Assembly: GCA_963766075.1 (NCBI GenBank)
Contig: CAVYAN010000117.1
Span: 1 to 64,000, forward strand
DNA: 64,000 nucleotides
Direction of reading: 5' to 3'
From: an uncultured cyanobacterium
GTDB taxonomy: Bacteria > Cyanobacteriota > Cyanobacteriia > Leptolyngbyales > Leptolyngbyaceae
Shown here: piece by piece, positions 18,795-30,408 of the stretch
Position numbering within the stretch: the first letter of the stretch is position 1
Layout of the letters: each line of letters starts with the position of its first letter
The notes under the pieces: model-generated
What the model was told of the DNA's origin: nothing
Database searches by the model: none
Seen by the model: only the letters and a program-made list of their open reading frames with translations
Program-made: the position numbers and the translations under genes

Positions 18795-20459
18795 ATGTCG
18801 CACTGTTCCATCGGTTCAATTCTTTTGAAAAGTGGTCTGATTACCGAAAGTCAGCTCGACGAGGCGTTGCAACAACAACAGCAGCAAGCCAATTTCCGAG
18901 GCTGGCGACGACTGGGGGAAATCTTGATTGATTTGGGCTGGATTAGTCCCCAGGACTTGAAATCCGCCCTGGATCGGCAGGCCCAACTGATTGAAATTGA
19001 ATTTTTTGGCATTCGTTCTCATCCATCAACCCGAAGTTGGTCAAAGCGGAGTTTGGATGTCTTGGGGGCGATTGTCGGGCTGAGTGGACTGACGCTCCTA
19101 TTGCCCTTCCTAACCCTAGCGATTAAACTGGATTCCCCCGGGCCTCTCTTTGTGACCCAGACCCGGATTGGGCTGCGGGGCAAACAGTTTAAGCTTTGGC
19201 GTTTCCGGACCACTGCACCCCAGACTCCCCACGGCGATACTCGCTTTGCCCCAGAAGGATCTCCCCCTGCCCCCCCGCGAGTAACGCGGATAGGGCGTGT
19301 TCTCCGACGGTTCTATCTGGATGAACTCCCCCGATTTTGGAATGTGCTGATCGGTGAAATGAGCTTAGTGGGAACGCGTCCGCCCACGTTGGATGAAGTC
19401 CAGTTTTACACGGACAGCGAGTGGCGGCGACTGGCCATTAAACCAGGAATCACAGGACCATGGCAGGTGAGATCGCAGAAGCATGCCCTCAATTTTGACA
19501 GTGCGGTAGAAATGGATCTGTCCTATATCAATGGCTGGAAATCTTCCGTTGATCTGCAAATTCTTTCAGACGCAGCGCGGCATATGTTGGGCGGGGCGGG
19601 GCGCGCCCAACGGTTACAGCCCACCGCCAGTCCCGATACCGTCACGATTTTGAATGTCCCCATCGATAATTTGTCTATCCAGGAGCTTCTAGAGCGGCTG
19701 GACTCCGGCGTTGTTTTGACTCCTAACGTCGATCACTTGATGAAACTTCAGTGGGATGAAGAATTCCACGACACCTACGCCCAAGCGGACTATCTTGTGT
19801 GTGATAGCCAGGTTTTGTTTTACGCCTCTCGCTTTTTAGGAACACCGCTGAAGGAAAAAATTTCGGGCTCTGACCTATTTCCCATCTTTTGTGACTACCA
19901 TCGGGATCATCCTGAGATCACAATTTTCCTGCTGGGGGGAGCGGCAGGGGTAGCCGCCCAAGCAATGGAACGGATCAATCAGAAAATTGGACGTAATATT
20001 ATCATCGCCGCGCACTCGCCTTCCTTTGGATTTGAGAAAAATGAACAGGAGTGCCAGGACATTATTGAGATGGTCAATCGGTCTGGGGCAACGGTCTTGG
20101 CGGTGGGCGTCGGTGCACCCAAGCAAGAAAAATGGATATGTAAATATCAGCATCAGTTAACCACTCCGAAGATCTTTATGGCGGTAGGAGCCACGATTGA
20201 CTTTGAAGCCGGTACAATTCAACGCGCTCCGAAGTGGGTGAGCCAGATTGGAATGGAATGGCTATTTCGGATTGCCTGCGATCCAAAACGCCTCTGGAAA
20301 CGCTACATCATGGACGATCTGCCGTTTTTCGGCCTGCTGCTAAAACAGCGATTTGGTCTCTATACTCCGCCCGCATTTCACCAATCTCTGGCCAAGCGGC
20401 GATCGCTGCCTGCTCCACCGCCAACCCTGCCCCAGCCCGTGCGCGAAGTCAAAATGTAG
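18795..20459 (+). CDS. Fusion: MshEN-like N-terminus + bacterial sugar (phosphoglycosyl) transferase + WecB/TagA/CpsF glycosyltransferase
   Basis: RLGEILIDLGWISPQDLKSALDRQ; KRSLD, DSPGP, LDELP.FWNVL.GEMSLVGTRP, KPGITG; TPNVDHL, KISGSDLF, GVGAPKQEKW, RAPKW...GMEWLFR. Confidence 0.88.
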   Translation: MSHCSIGSILLKSGLITESQLDEALQQQQQQANFRGWRRLGEILIDLGWISPQDLKSALDRQAQLIEIEFFGIRSHPSTRSWSKRSLDVLGAIVGLSGLTLLLPFLTLAIKLDSPGPLFVTQTRIGLRGKQFKLWRFRTTAPQTPHGDTRFAPEGSPPAPPRVTRIGRVLRRFYLDELPRFWNVLIGEMSLVGTRPPTLDEVQFYTDSEWRRLAIKPGITGPWQVRSQKHALNFDSAVEMDLSYINGWKSSVDLQILSDAARHMLGGAGRAQRLQPTASPDTVTILNVPIDNLSIQELLERLDSGVVLTPNVDHLMKLQWDEEFHDTYAQADYLVCDSQVLFYASRFLGTPLKEKISGSDLFPIFCDYHRDHPEITIFLLGGAAGVAAQAMERINQKIGRNIIIAAHSPSFGFEKNEQECQDIIEMVNRSGATVLAVGVGAPKQEKWICKYQHQLTTPKIFMAVGATIDFEAGTIQRAPKWVSQIGMEWLFRIACDPKRLWKRYIMDDLPFFGLLLKQRFGLYTPPAFHQSLAKRRSLPAPPPTLPQPVREVKM

Positions 20460-20625
20460 CCAACCCACGCGGCGGGCTACTGGGATGAATGCAGCGGCAT
20501 CATCGCCATAGGTAAACGCGCCGCGATGTAACGTCTGCGTGCTTCCCTTTCACGAACTACTAAGAATCATCAAATTCCTGTTATGGGATGGAGTGGTGGT
20601 GCCCTCAATGGTACGATGAGCAGCT

Positions 20626-22100
<1,475 letters not shown>

Positions 22101-22103
22101 CAA

Positions 22104-22156
22104 CTATAGCGACCATTAGATTTTGGATTAAATCCAAAATCTAATGGTCGCTATAG
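22104..22156. repeat. 53-bp palindrome (26-bp perfect arms, 1-nt centre) between convergent thiC and ftsZ
   Basis: CTATAGCGACCATTAGATTTTGGATT-A-AATCCAAAATCTAATGGTCGCTATAG. Confidence 0.9.
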
Positions 22157-22178
22157 AGCACCAGTGTTCACGAAATCA

Positions 22179-23455
22179 CTACCGGGGGGGCCGCCGCCGC
22201 TGCAAAAACTCCGGAATATCTAAACCACTGTTGCGCATTTTCGGCTCATTCTCGCGGATGGGCGCAGGCACAGGCGCGGTGGTGGGCTTTGGGGTTGCAG
22301 CCGAAGTCGGCGTGGATCGCTTGGCGGAATCTAATTTGACGCGAGGGGGGGGACGTCGCCCGTAAATCCCGTGGCAATGACGGTAATGCGCACTTCGCCT
22401 TGGAGGCGATCGTCAATCACAGCTCCAAAAATAATATTGGCATTGGGATCAACGACTTCGTAAATAATTTCAGCCGCCGCATTGACCTCGTGTAGGGTGA
22501 GGTCACTTCCCCCCGTTATATTAAAGACAACGCCGCGTGCGCCTTCGATGGAGGATTCCAACAAGGGAGAGGAAATAGACGCGATCGCCGCTTCCCGCGC
22601 CCGCGATTTCCCCGACCCAATGCCAATGCCCATCAGCGCTGAACCCGCATCCGCCATAACCGCACGCACATCGGCAAAGTCCACGTTGACCAAGCCAGGA
22701 ATTGTAATAATATCAGAAATACCTTGCACGCCCTGGCGCAGAACATCATCTGCAGAGCGAAATGCCTCCTGAACTGGCGTTTGTTCTGAAATCACGGCCA
22801 GCAGTTTATCATTGGGGATCACAATTAGCGTATCCACACAGCCTTGAAGCGCGGCAATCCCCTCATCCGCCTGACTGCTGCGTCGCCGCCCCTCAAAGGC
22901 GAAGGGACGCGTGACAATTCCCACCGTCAACGCGCCCATTTCCTTCGCCACCTCGGCCACGATCGGCGCGGCACCCGTACCCGTTCCCCCGCCCATACCC
23001 GCCGTGATAAACACGAGATCTGAACCTTCCAGCGCCGTCGCAATATCATCGCGAGACTCTTCCGCAGCTTTCTGGCCAATGGCCGGATTACCCCCTGCGC
23101 CCAACCCACGGGTGAGCTTTTGCCCCATTTGCAAGCGATTGATCGCATCAGAACTGGTGAGGGCTTGGGCGTCAGTATTAATTGACCAAAACTCCACTCC
23201 CGAAATATTTCCCGCTATCATGCGGTTGACTGCGTTGCCACCGCCCCCACCAACACCAATGACTTTAATCTTTGCTACACTACCTGGCACAATATCACCC
23301 CGCTTCACGGCTTCCCCCGGCATACCCTTTGGTGCTTGATTGGAATATAGACCCGAATTGCTAAAGGCGTTAGCAGCATCGGTCGCTGAAGAATTAGATT
23401 GACTTTCAGAGTTGGAGCTTTGGTGCGCGTGCCCCACGGGGTGGTTAAGTGTCAT
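22179..23455 (-). CDS. ftsZ: Cell division protein FtsZ; 1-nt deletion in G8 run at 22345-22352 separates the conserved C-terminal peptide
   Basis: [33 protein letters not shown]; restored tail [15 protein letters not shown] ends at 22179. Confidence 0.96.
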
Positions 23456-23662
23456 TGGGCTAGCATCTGAATTACTATTAGGCTTCATTAGGAATCGTAA
23501 CCGTTACAAACGTACTGCAAACCTGGGGCGATCGGCGGGAAAATGGGTTGTGCCTTTAAGACAATTGATCATACCAGAGATGTCCAAAACCTGAACTTCA
23601 CCCATAGCAACGAACCGTTGATTAGTGAAGTAATCGGTATCAATGATGTCACATCTTAGACA

Positions 23663-24541
23663 TTATGGCGGATTGGATTGTGGAGAATCTGACGCGGCAG
23701 CTTCGGGTGAAGCGGCTGGGGATGCACCAAACTGAACGGTGGGAATCTTGGGATCGAGCAAATTAATGTAGGCAACTTGACTAAAATCCATGCGACCGGA
23801 CAGCTTGCGCATGCGGTCCAAAACACTCAGTTGGTAGCCAAACTGGCTGCCATAGGGACCAACCCTGACGTTCCCAATTTCGGTCTTCAGCACCACATTG
23901 TTAACATCGCGCCAATCAATTTCAAGAATCTTAACGGAACTACGGCTTACCTCTTGATATAGCTTAGACCAGTAGGGACGATACTGATCCGGGTTACCCA
24001 GTACTTTTAATGTGGGTAGTTTGAGGGCTGGATCAAAAGTAGTGTAGCGTTCCAGTGGAATCCAGGTGCCATTGGCATCCAGTAGACCGCTGGTCGCGGC
24101 ACCATTTCCCTGTGCCGAAGTTCCCTGTGCCGAAGAGGGGTTAGGAATCGCGATCGCCACAGGGTAGCGCTCTTGAATTTGCACCACCAATCCGGGAGGG
24201 ACGAGCTGCCGATGCACTTTGGCATCAGCAATGGGAGCCTTATCTTTTACCGTTTGGGCCAGGGCCTCGGGTTCAACCCGCCAGAGCGACTGAGGAAACG
24301 CAATGGGGACCAGCGATCGCACCGATTGGCTCGAAATATAGGTATTGCCTTCAACCTGGATCTGATCCGTAGACCGCAACACCCACATGGGCAAGGTCGC
24401 GGCCCAGACCACACCTCCCGCTAATCCACATACACCCACCATCCGCCAACCCAGACGCAGGGTCCGAATGCGCCGCCGCTGCTGCAACTGTCGCCGTCGC
24501 TGGGCTAATTTTGTGGGGGAAACTGATGCAATGCCCGTCAT
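23663..24541 (-). CDS. ftsQ: Cell division protein FtsQ/DivIB
   Basis: Basic N-terminus, single TM, POTRA-like IQVEGN...VHRQLVPPGLVVQIQERYPVA; upstream of ftsZ. Confidence 0.88.
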   Translation of the reverse strand: MTGIASVSPTKLAQRRRQLQQRRRIRTLRLGWRMVGVCGLAGGVVWAATLPMWVLRSTDQIQVEGNTYISSQSVRSLVPIAFPQSLWRVEPEALAQTVKDKAPIADAKVHRQLVPPGLVVQIQERYPVAIAIPNPSSAQGTSAQGNGAATSGLLDANGTWIPLERYTTFDPALKLPTLKVLGNPDQYRPYWSKLYQEVSRSSVKILEIDWRDVNNVVLKTEIGNVRVGPYGSQFGYQLSVLDRMRKLSGRMDFSQVAYINLLDPKIPTVQFGASPAASPEAAASDSPQSNPP

Positions 24542-24597
24542 AGAAACCGTTCCGGGGGAGGGAGAAATTGAACCGAACCAAGTTCCTCCCCATTTAA

Positions 24598-25128
24598 TCA
24601 CTCATTGCAGTTTTTGCAAGGGAAAATAGTGATGATTTCCGCCAATCCATCGGCGAGGGTTGGCGGATCCCGTAGCAGGGCTTGGTGCATATGCAAAATC
24701 ACGGTTTCGGGAACGGGGCGATCGCGGCGCGCATTCCGAGATAGGCAGGTTTGCACGGGCGTGTGTAGCCAAATGCCAATAATTTGGGTGAAGCCGCAGG
24801 CCCGCGCAAGGGCGATCGCCTGCCGCCGATGCTCAGGCTGGGCATTCGTAGCGTCATATATCACCGACACCGCATAGGGCAACTGCTGCTGTACCGCCTG
24901 CCGGAATTGCCGCGCCACCGCCGCCTCCACCATTGGCCAAGGCCCTTGCACCGCAGCATCCCCGAACAGCTCAGCCCGAATCGCATCGGTGGCGATCACG
25001 CGCCGCCGCGCGTCCGCGGCTGCCCACTCCGCCGCATAGGTAGATTTGCCGCTTCCCGGCAAGCCAATCAGGAGCAGCAGAGGGGCAGGGAGGGATGCTT
25101 CCCCCGGCATAGGTGGAACAGAAATCAC
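24598..25128 (-). CDS. AAA_33-type P-loop kinase
   Basis: LIGLPGSGKST, IYDATN, CLSRNARRDRPVPE. Confidence 0.85.
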   Translation of the reverse strand: MISVPPMPGEASLPAPLLLLIGLPGSGKSTYAAEWAAADARRRVIATDAIRAELFGDAAVQGPWPMVEAAVARQFRQAVQQQLPYAVSVIYDATNAQPEHRRQAIALARACGFTQIIGIWLHTPVQTCLSRNARRDRPVPETVILHMHQALLRDPPTLADGLAEIITIFPCKNCNE

Positions 25129-25167
25129 CCTTCCCCCTTCCCCTGGAAACCACGGCTTAAATCAGGC

Positions 25168-26463
25168 TTAAATCACAGTGCCATCGGGAATACTGGCATT
25201 CTTGAGCACTACTACAATGCCGCTGCGAATATAAAAGCCTTGGCTTTCCCGTTCCGCTTCTTCAACGTGATCTTTGTTAATGATGCGGACGTTGGAGCCA
25301 ATGCGCGCATTCTTGTCGATAATAGCGCGACGTACCGTAGTATCCGGACCAATGCCCACAGGAATATCCAGCATGCCCGATTCTTCGGCGGTCTGCCGTT
25401 CCACGTAGGACTGGTAAAAGTCCGCACCCATAATCAACGTATCTTCAATAATGCAGCCGGATTCAATGCGCGATCGCACGCCTAGAACCGAGTGGGTCAC
25501 CGAGCAGTTCTTCAGAATGCAGCCATCGCCAATCAACGACTCGCGGATTTGGCAGTCCAACAGTTTACTGGGCGGCAAATAACGTTGACGGGTATAAATG
25601 GGCGCTTTCTCGTCGTAGAAGCTAAAGGGCGGGCGGGGCTGCTGAGTCAGCGCCAGATTGGCGTCATAGAACGCTTCGATCGTCCCAATGTCTTCCCAAT
25701 ATCCATTGAATAGAAAGGCTTGAACGTTGTGGTCGGGGGCGGCAGAGGGAATAATCTCTTTGCCAAAGTCAGTATGGTCGAGCGATCGCTTCAACAGCTT
25801 GATTAGCACATCGCGCTTGAAAACATAGATGCCCATGGACGCAATATAGGGCAGTTGTTCCGCTTCATCCGCAGAGAGGCCCAGAGCGGTCGTATCCACC
25901 CGCATATCGAGCAGCGCATCGCCCTTAGGCTTTTCGCTGAACTTGACCACCCGACCGGTTTCATCCGTTTTCATCACGCCAAATTCAGATGCCCGCCGCT
26001 GATCCATCGGCACAACGGAAATGGTGATGTCGGCATTGGTTTCCCGATGACGGCGAACAAACTCGCCATAATCCATCCGATACAGATGATCCCCAGATAG
26101 GATTACGAATTCGTCAATATCCAACTCCTCAAACAGCCAAATATATTGCCGCACTGCATCCGCCGTACCCTGGAACCAATTAGGGTTTTCGGGAGTTTGT
26201 TGGGCGGCCAGCACCTCAACAAAACCTTCGCTAAAGCCGGAAAAGTTGTAAGCACGGGATAGATGACGATTTAGGGAGGCAGAGTTAAATTGAGTGAGAA
26301 CGTAAATTTTAAATATGCCGGAGTTAATGCAATTACTCACGGGAATATCAATAAGTCGATACTTACCAGCAAGTGGCACTGCGGGCTTGGCCCGAAGCTT
26401 AGTAAGGGGATAAAGACGGGTTCCGGCACCGCCTCCCAAAATAATAGCTAAAACTTTTTTCAC
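25168..26463 (-). CDS. glgC: Glucose-1-phosphate adenylyltransferase
   Basis: [40 protein letters not shown]. Confidence 0.98.
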   Translation of the reverse strand: MKKVLAIILGGGAGTRLYPLTKLRAKPAVPLAGKYRLIDIPVSNCINSGIFKIYVLTQFNSASLNRHLSRAYNFSGFSEGFVEVLAAQQTPENPNWFQGTADAVRQYIWLFEELDIDEFVILSGDHLYRMDYGEFVRRHRETNADITISVVPMDQRRASEFGVMKTDETGRVVKFSEKPKGDALLDMRVDTTALGLSADEAEQLPYIASMGIYVFKRDVLIKLLKRSLDHTDFGKEIIPSAAPDHNVQAFLFNGYWEDIGTIEAFYDANLALTQQPRPPFSFYDEKAPIYTRQRYLPPSKLLDCQIRESLIGDGCILKNCSVTHSVLGVRSRIESGCIIEDTLIMGADFYQSYVERQTAEESGMLDIPVGIGPDTTVRRAIIDKNARIGSNVRIINKDHVEEAERESQGFYIRSGIVVVLKNASIPDGTVI

Positions 26464-26660
26464 AACAAACCTCTTGTGCCTCGGCTTCCCATCTATATCT
26501 TGGGGGTGGATGGCACGGTTTGCAAGGTCTAGTTAAAAAAAGCCTAAAAAATCCGGATCCATCCGGGGATCAATCTTTTCTAGGGCAATTCAGCTAGGAT
26601 TCTGGGGTGTTCTGCAGCACTTTTCCATCGGCCTCAAGCCGTCTCTCAGGCGGTAATAGA

Positions 26661-27356
26661 CTAGTTCAATTGTTCGTAAAAATCAATTTGAACCACACGA
26701 TTATGCTGCACCTCAAATGACAGTTGGGCTGCCACAGCGTCTAGGAAATAAATCAGCCGAATTGCCTTGTCTGTGTGCTGGATAGAACTGGGTGGGCCAT
26801 AGCGCTCAATCACCTGCTGGCAGGAATCACCCACTCGAATGCGATCTCGGGTGCGCCATTGGGAACTGCGGGTAGAAACCGCGAATACCGAAAATGGACC
26901 TCCGGGAATATCCTCCACCAACTGGATGCGGATCCCGTCGTAGTCAAAGATACGGACCTGACCACAGCAGGGCCAGTCTTTTGTTTCGATGCGGCGGGGC
27001 TGACCCAGCTTGGCCCGCACCTGGGCTTCGGTAGACAGGGCAGAGATGCCACCAATTTCCAAACTATCAAAGGAAATTGGGCGGAGGGGCAGTTGAGCCT
27101 GCCACCCCGAAGACTGGGGGATGGGCAGGGCGGCTCCGGCAGCAGCAAGGGCACCAGGAGCAAGGGTATCAGCAGCAAGGGCATGAAGAGGGAGAACGGA
27201 CCAGGGCATGATGACAGCCCAAGGCATAGCAGCGGACCAAGTTGTGGTTAAGGCCCTGATGAATGGACGGGCGATCGTCAAGGCATGCGGTATTGAATGC
27301 GTTGGGATTGAGTGCGGTATTGAATGGGGCATTGTCCAAGTTGGGAGAAAGGACAA
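26661..27356 (-). CDS. Hypothetical exported/membrane-anchored protein (start uncertain)
   Basis: Repetitive hydrophobic N-terminus; two internal 'V...LG.P / V..RYG.P' modules. Confidence 0.5.
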   Translation of the reverse strand: MSFLPTWTMPHSIPHSIPTHSIPHALTIARPFIRALTTTWSAAMPWAVIMPWSVLPLHALAADTLAPGALAAAGAALPIPQSSGWQAQLPLRPISFDSLEIGGISALSTEAQVRAKLGQPRRIETKDWPCCGQVRIFDYDGIRIQLVEDIPGGPFSVFAVSTRSSQWRTRDRIRVGDSCQQVIERYGPPSSIQHTDKAIRLIYFLDAVAAQLSFEVQHNRVVQIDFYEQLN

Positions 27357-27419
27357 GTTGGGAAAAAAGAACTGGGATAGTGTGGGCAGCGACAGGTTAG
27401 GTGGTCCAGATGGAGTTCT

Positions 27420-28118
27420 TTAAGGCGCGGGTTGATGCATTTCGCGATGGACAATCAGACCAATTTGAAGGGCATCCTGTAGCACTTGGCTATATTGCGT
27501 GGCTTGGTGATTGACTTCTAAGGTCCGGAGGGTGGCCAGGTTGGTTTCAATTAGGGCTAGGACTTCTGGCTGACGGGCGAGGAATCCCCGGTGCTCCCGC
27601 AGGATTCGCTCCGTCTGGAGGCCAGAGACGAGACTGGCCCGAGTGAGTTGGAGACATGCTAAGGCCGCTTGGCGATCGCCGGTGGCCAGAGTTGCGCCGT
27701 TTCCCAATTGATCCAGCACGTGCACGGCGTGCAGAATGGCGTGATGGCGATCGACGGCGTCCAACAGGGGCATGAGAGTGCGAAACCGAGGTGTTATGTG
27801 GCGCATGTAAAGGTTCCAAGCGATTACAGCAAGGCCCGTAGTACCCAGCCACAGGGCCAGGAAGCGGGCGATCGCCGCCGGATCTTGTCCAGCATGGCGC
27901 GTTAGGAGCAGTGCCACCGGAATGGACACCACACTCAGCACCAATGCCCCCACAATTTCCGTGAGGCAAAACCTGATCAATCGTTCTGAGTTGCGAAACA
28001 CCGAGGGCCGATACACTCCGCCAAATACGCCGCCGATGAACAAATCCCCAACTTCTACGCCAGTCAGACGTTCTAGCTCAGCGTCAGGAATGATCAGGGT
28101 CGCTAAATCGGGTTGCAT
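27420..28118 (-). CDS. Conserved cyanobacterial membrane protein, unknown function
   Basis: Two TM segments then helical region (TRASLVSGLQTERILRE...YSQVLQDALQIG). Confidence 0.65.
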   Translation of the reverse strand: MQPDLATLIIPDAELERLTGVEVGDLFIGGVFGGVYRPSVFRNSERLIRFCLTEIVGALVLSVVSIPVALLLTRHAGQDPAAIARFLALWLGTTGLAVIAWNLYMRHITPRFRTLMPLLDAVDRHHAILHAVHVLDQLGNGATLATGDRQAALACLQLTRASLVSGLQTERILREHRGFLARQPEVLALIETNLATLRTLEVNHQATQYSQVLQDALQIGLIVHREMHQPAP

Positions 28119-28140
28119 AGTTACGTGACGTACCGTCGGT

Positions 28141-28242
28141 TAAATCGGGCCAGTAAATCGGGCCAGTAAATCGGGCCAGTAAATCGGGCCAGTAAATCGG
28201 GCCAGTAAATCGGGCCAGAATCGGGCCAGTAAATCGGGTCAG
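28141..28242. repeat. 13-bp tandem repeat TAAATCGGGCCAG x8 (6 perfect, one 2-nt deletion, one substitution)
   Basis: Directly visible; no spacers. Confidence 0.97.
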
Positions 28243-28292
28243 TTCAGCCTGGCTGCTAAAGTCATCCGGCCTGTTCACTGGGCCGCTAGAAC

Positions 28293-28967
28293 TCAAAACA
28301 GCAGGTTGTTGATCGCATTCCATACACCCGTAAAAAAGGTACCTTCGCGATCGCGAAACAGCACAAATTGCCCCGGCGAACCAAAAAATGGCCGCAGGGT
28401 CCAGCCTAATTGAGTCCCGACAAATCCATACAGCCCTAACCAAAACCGTAGAATATTCGTGCGGATTTTGACGCTTTGGGAACTGTCATCCTCAGCTATG
28501 GGCTTCATGATTTGATACAGGAATGATACGCCCAGCACCCCGGTCAGGGTGAAGATGGCAACATTGAGGAGCAGAAAAAAGGAATAGTCGTTGACTGTAA
28601 TCAAGAAAAACAAGGTGACCGGGGCAAACCCACACAGCAGAATAGCAATCACCGAAACTGCCGTTAGCAAGTAAGCAATATGCTGAATCAGCGTTTTTTT
28701 GGAGCCAAAAAGGGCGTTAAAGATGTAAAGCGTTGGGATACAAACAATCAGAGTAATTAAGTAGAGCGCGGGGAGTTTGATTGCCGAAGCCAGAATTTGG
28801 ATGGGGCTATGAAAAGCGCCAATAATTGCCCCATACAGCGCAAAAAAACAAAAGCTGGACAGGAGTAGAGCAGAAATTTTGCTTTTGAGTTTAATGCCGT
28901 TATGAATATCCTCAAGGAAGGTTTGGCGATCGCGCAGCAAAGCCATCACCGTGGAAAAATAATTCAT
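28293..28967 (-). CDS. Conserved cyanobacterial multi-TM protein (family often labelled 'actin-binding WH2 domain')
   Basis: ASAIKLPALYL, PTLY, FAPVTLFF, LYGFVGTQLGWTLRPFFG. Confidence 0.7.
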   Translation of the reverse strand: MNYFSTVMALLRDRQTFLEDIHNGIKLKSKISALLLSSFCFFALYGAIIGAFHSPIQILASAIKLPALYLITLIVCIPTLYIFNALFGSKKTLIQHIAYLLTAVSVIAILLCGFAPVTLFFLITVNDYSFFLLLNVAIFTLTGVLGVSFLYQIMKPIAEDDSSQSVKIRTNILRFWLGLYGFVGTQLGWTLRPFFGSPGQFVLFRDREGTFFTGVWNAINNLLF

Positions 28968-29215
28968 ACAGTGTCCTCAAAAATAAAGCTGTTCGCAGAT
29001 CAAGCTGTTCTCGGAGACGCCGCCGCCGCGTATGGCGAAGCGCTCAACTACCCGGTTGTATTACCCGGTTGTATTGAATACAAGCCAAACCCGACACATT
29101 ACGTAAATCCTAGCTAGAGGCTTGCATGTGACAGAACTATTTGGAGGTGGCGGCGCACTTGGACCGTGGCTTGAATGTGGCGGAACTGAAATATAGATTT
29201 TTTTTAGCGTGTAGA

Positions 29216-30241
29216 TTATTGTTCTGCAGTCCGGGTGTTGTATTCAATCAAGCGTGATTGTCGTTTGAACAATTTCCCCAGATAAAAGCGCAGTGCCCCT
29301 TGGGCTTGGGGAAACTTACCTAAAATACAGGAGCCCGCGTAAAGCATGGCGTCTTCCCGGACCAGCCCAGAGTGCTGCCAGTACTGATAAATCCGATAAG
29401 TCATCACCGCATAACCGACCCATAGCAGGGCACTGAGCCCGTGGGTCACCCCGATCGCCGCCACACTCATCAGGGGAATGGCCACTCCCCACACCAGAAT
29501 GCTGCGGGTTTCCTTCGTCCAGTGACGCTCGGGGGGGGCACCGTGCAACCATGCCCCCTCAGCGTAGGCATATCCGCCGCGCACCATGCGTTTCCACCAC
29601 TGACCAAACTGAGTCATCTGGGCATCGTGTAGGGTCATTTCGGCATCCAACCGCCAAATTTTATAGCCCGCTTGGCGGAGGCGCACACAGAGTTCGGGTT
29701 CTTCTCCAGCAATCAGCGTGGGGTTGTAACCCCCAACCTTCTGCAGGGCGGCTACCCGCATCATGGCATCACCGCCACAGGCTTTGGCTTCACCAATGGG
29801 GGTATTCCACTCCAGATCGCAGAGGCGGTTGTAGGGAGACGCCGTGGGGAAGCGTTCGCGTCGCCGACCACAGACAACCGCCAGTTCGGGATGCTGCTGT
29901 AAGTGCTGCTGGGCCGTGGCCAGCCAGTCCGTGATGACTTCACAATCACCATCGACGAATTGCACAAATTCAAGGTCGGGGACAAGTTCTAGGAGGGCGG
30001 CCAGTCCAGTGTTGCGAGCTCGGGCTGCCGTGAAAGGAATCGTCAGATCAAGCTCGACGACGTGGACATTCAGCGATCGCGCCAAAGCCACGCTGCCATC
30101 GGTCGATCCCGAATCCACATACACCACAGGGGTGGTGGGGCTGACTACCGATTCTAGGCATTGCCGGAGGCGCTGCCCCTCATTTCGTCCAATTGCAACT
30201 AATCCGACTCGGCTCACACTGATATCCTCTCTTAAATCCAT
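29216..30241 (-). CDS. Glycosyltransferase family 2
   Basis: AIGRNEG, YVDSGSTDGS, FTAARARN, QFVDGD, IAGEEPELC, C-terminal TM. Confidence 0.9.
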   Translation of the reverse strand: MDLREDISVSRVGLVAIGRNEGQRLRQCLESVVSPTTPVVYVDSGSTDGSVALARSLNVHVVELDLTIPFTAARARNTGLAALLELVPDLEFVQFVDGDCEVITDWLATAQQHLQQHPELAVVCGRRRERFPTASPYNRLCDLEWNTPIGEAKACGGDAMMRVAALQKVGGYNPTLIAGEEPELCVRLRQAGYKIWRLDAEMTLHDAQMTQFGQWWKRMVRGGYAYAEGAWLHGAPPERHWTKETRSILVWGVAIPLMSVAAIGVTHGLSALLWVGYAVMTYRIYQYWQHSGLVREDAMLYAGSCILGKFPQAQGALRFYLGKLFKRQSRLIEYNTRTAEQ

Positions 30242-30408
30242 CGCTAGCTAACATACCCACGTTGGGGCACGGGCCAATCTACCCGGTTCCTATCCGGCCA
30301 GATTACCTTTTTAGCTCATATTTCGGGTTTCTCTGGGGCAGATCAGGATGATTTAGTCGTCGGAAGCGAAGAGATCAATCTTGGGCGGTAACTTTTTATA
30401 GAAATCTC

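Noticed and set aside
22179..23488. ftsZ, uvrC, mltA and aminotransferase as pseudogenes or programmed frameshifts
   Set aside because: Single indels with no further decay, several in homopolymers, and ftsZ is essential; sequencing error is more parsimonious.
28141..28242. Possible CRISPR array
   Set aside because: Units are 13 bp and directly abutting with no unique spacers; no cas genes in the window.
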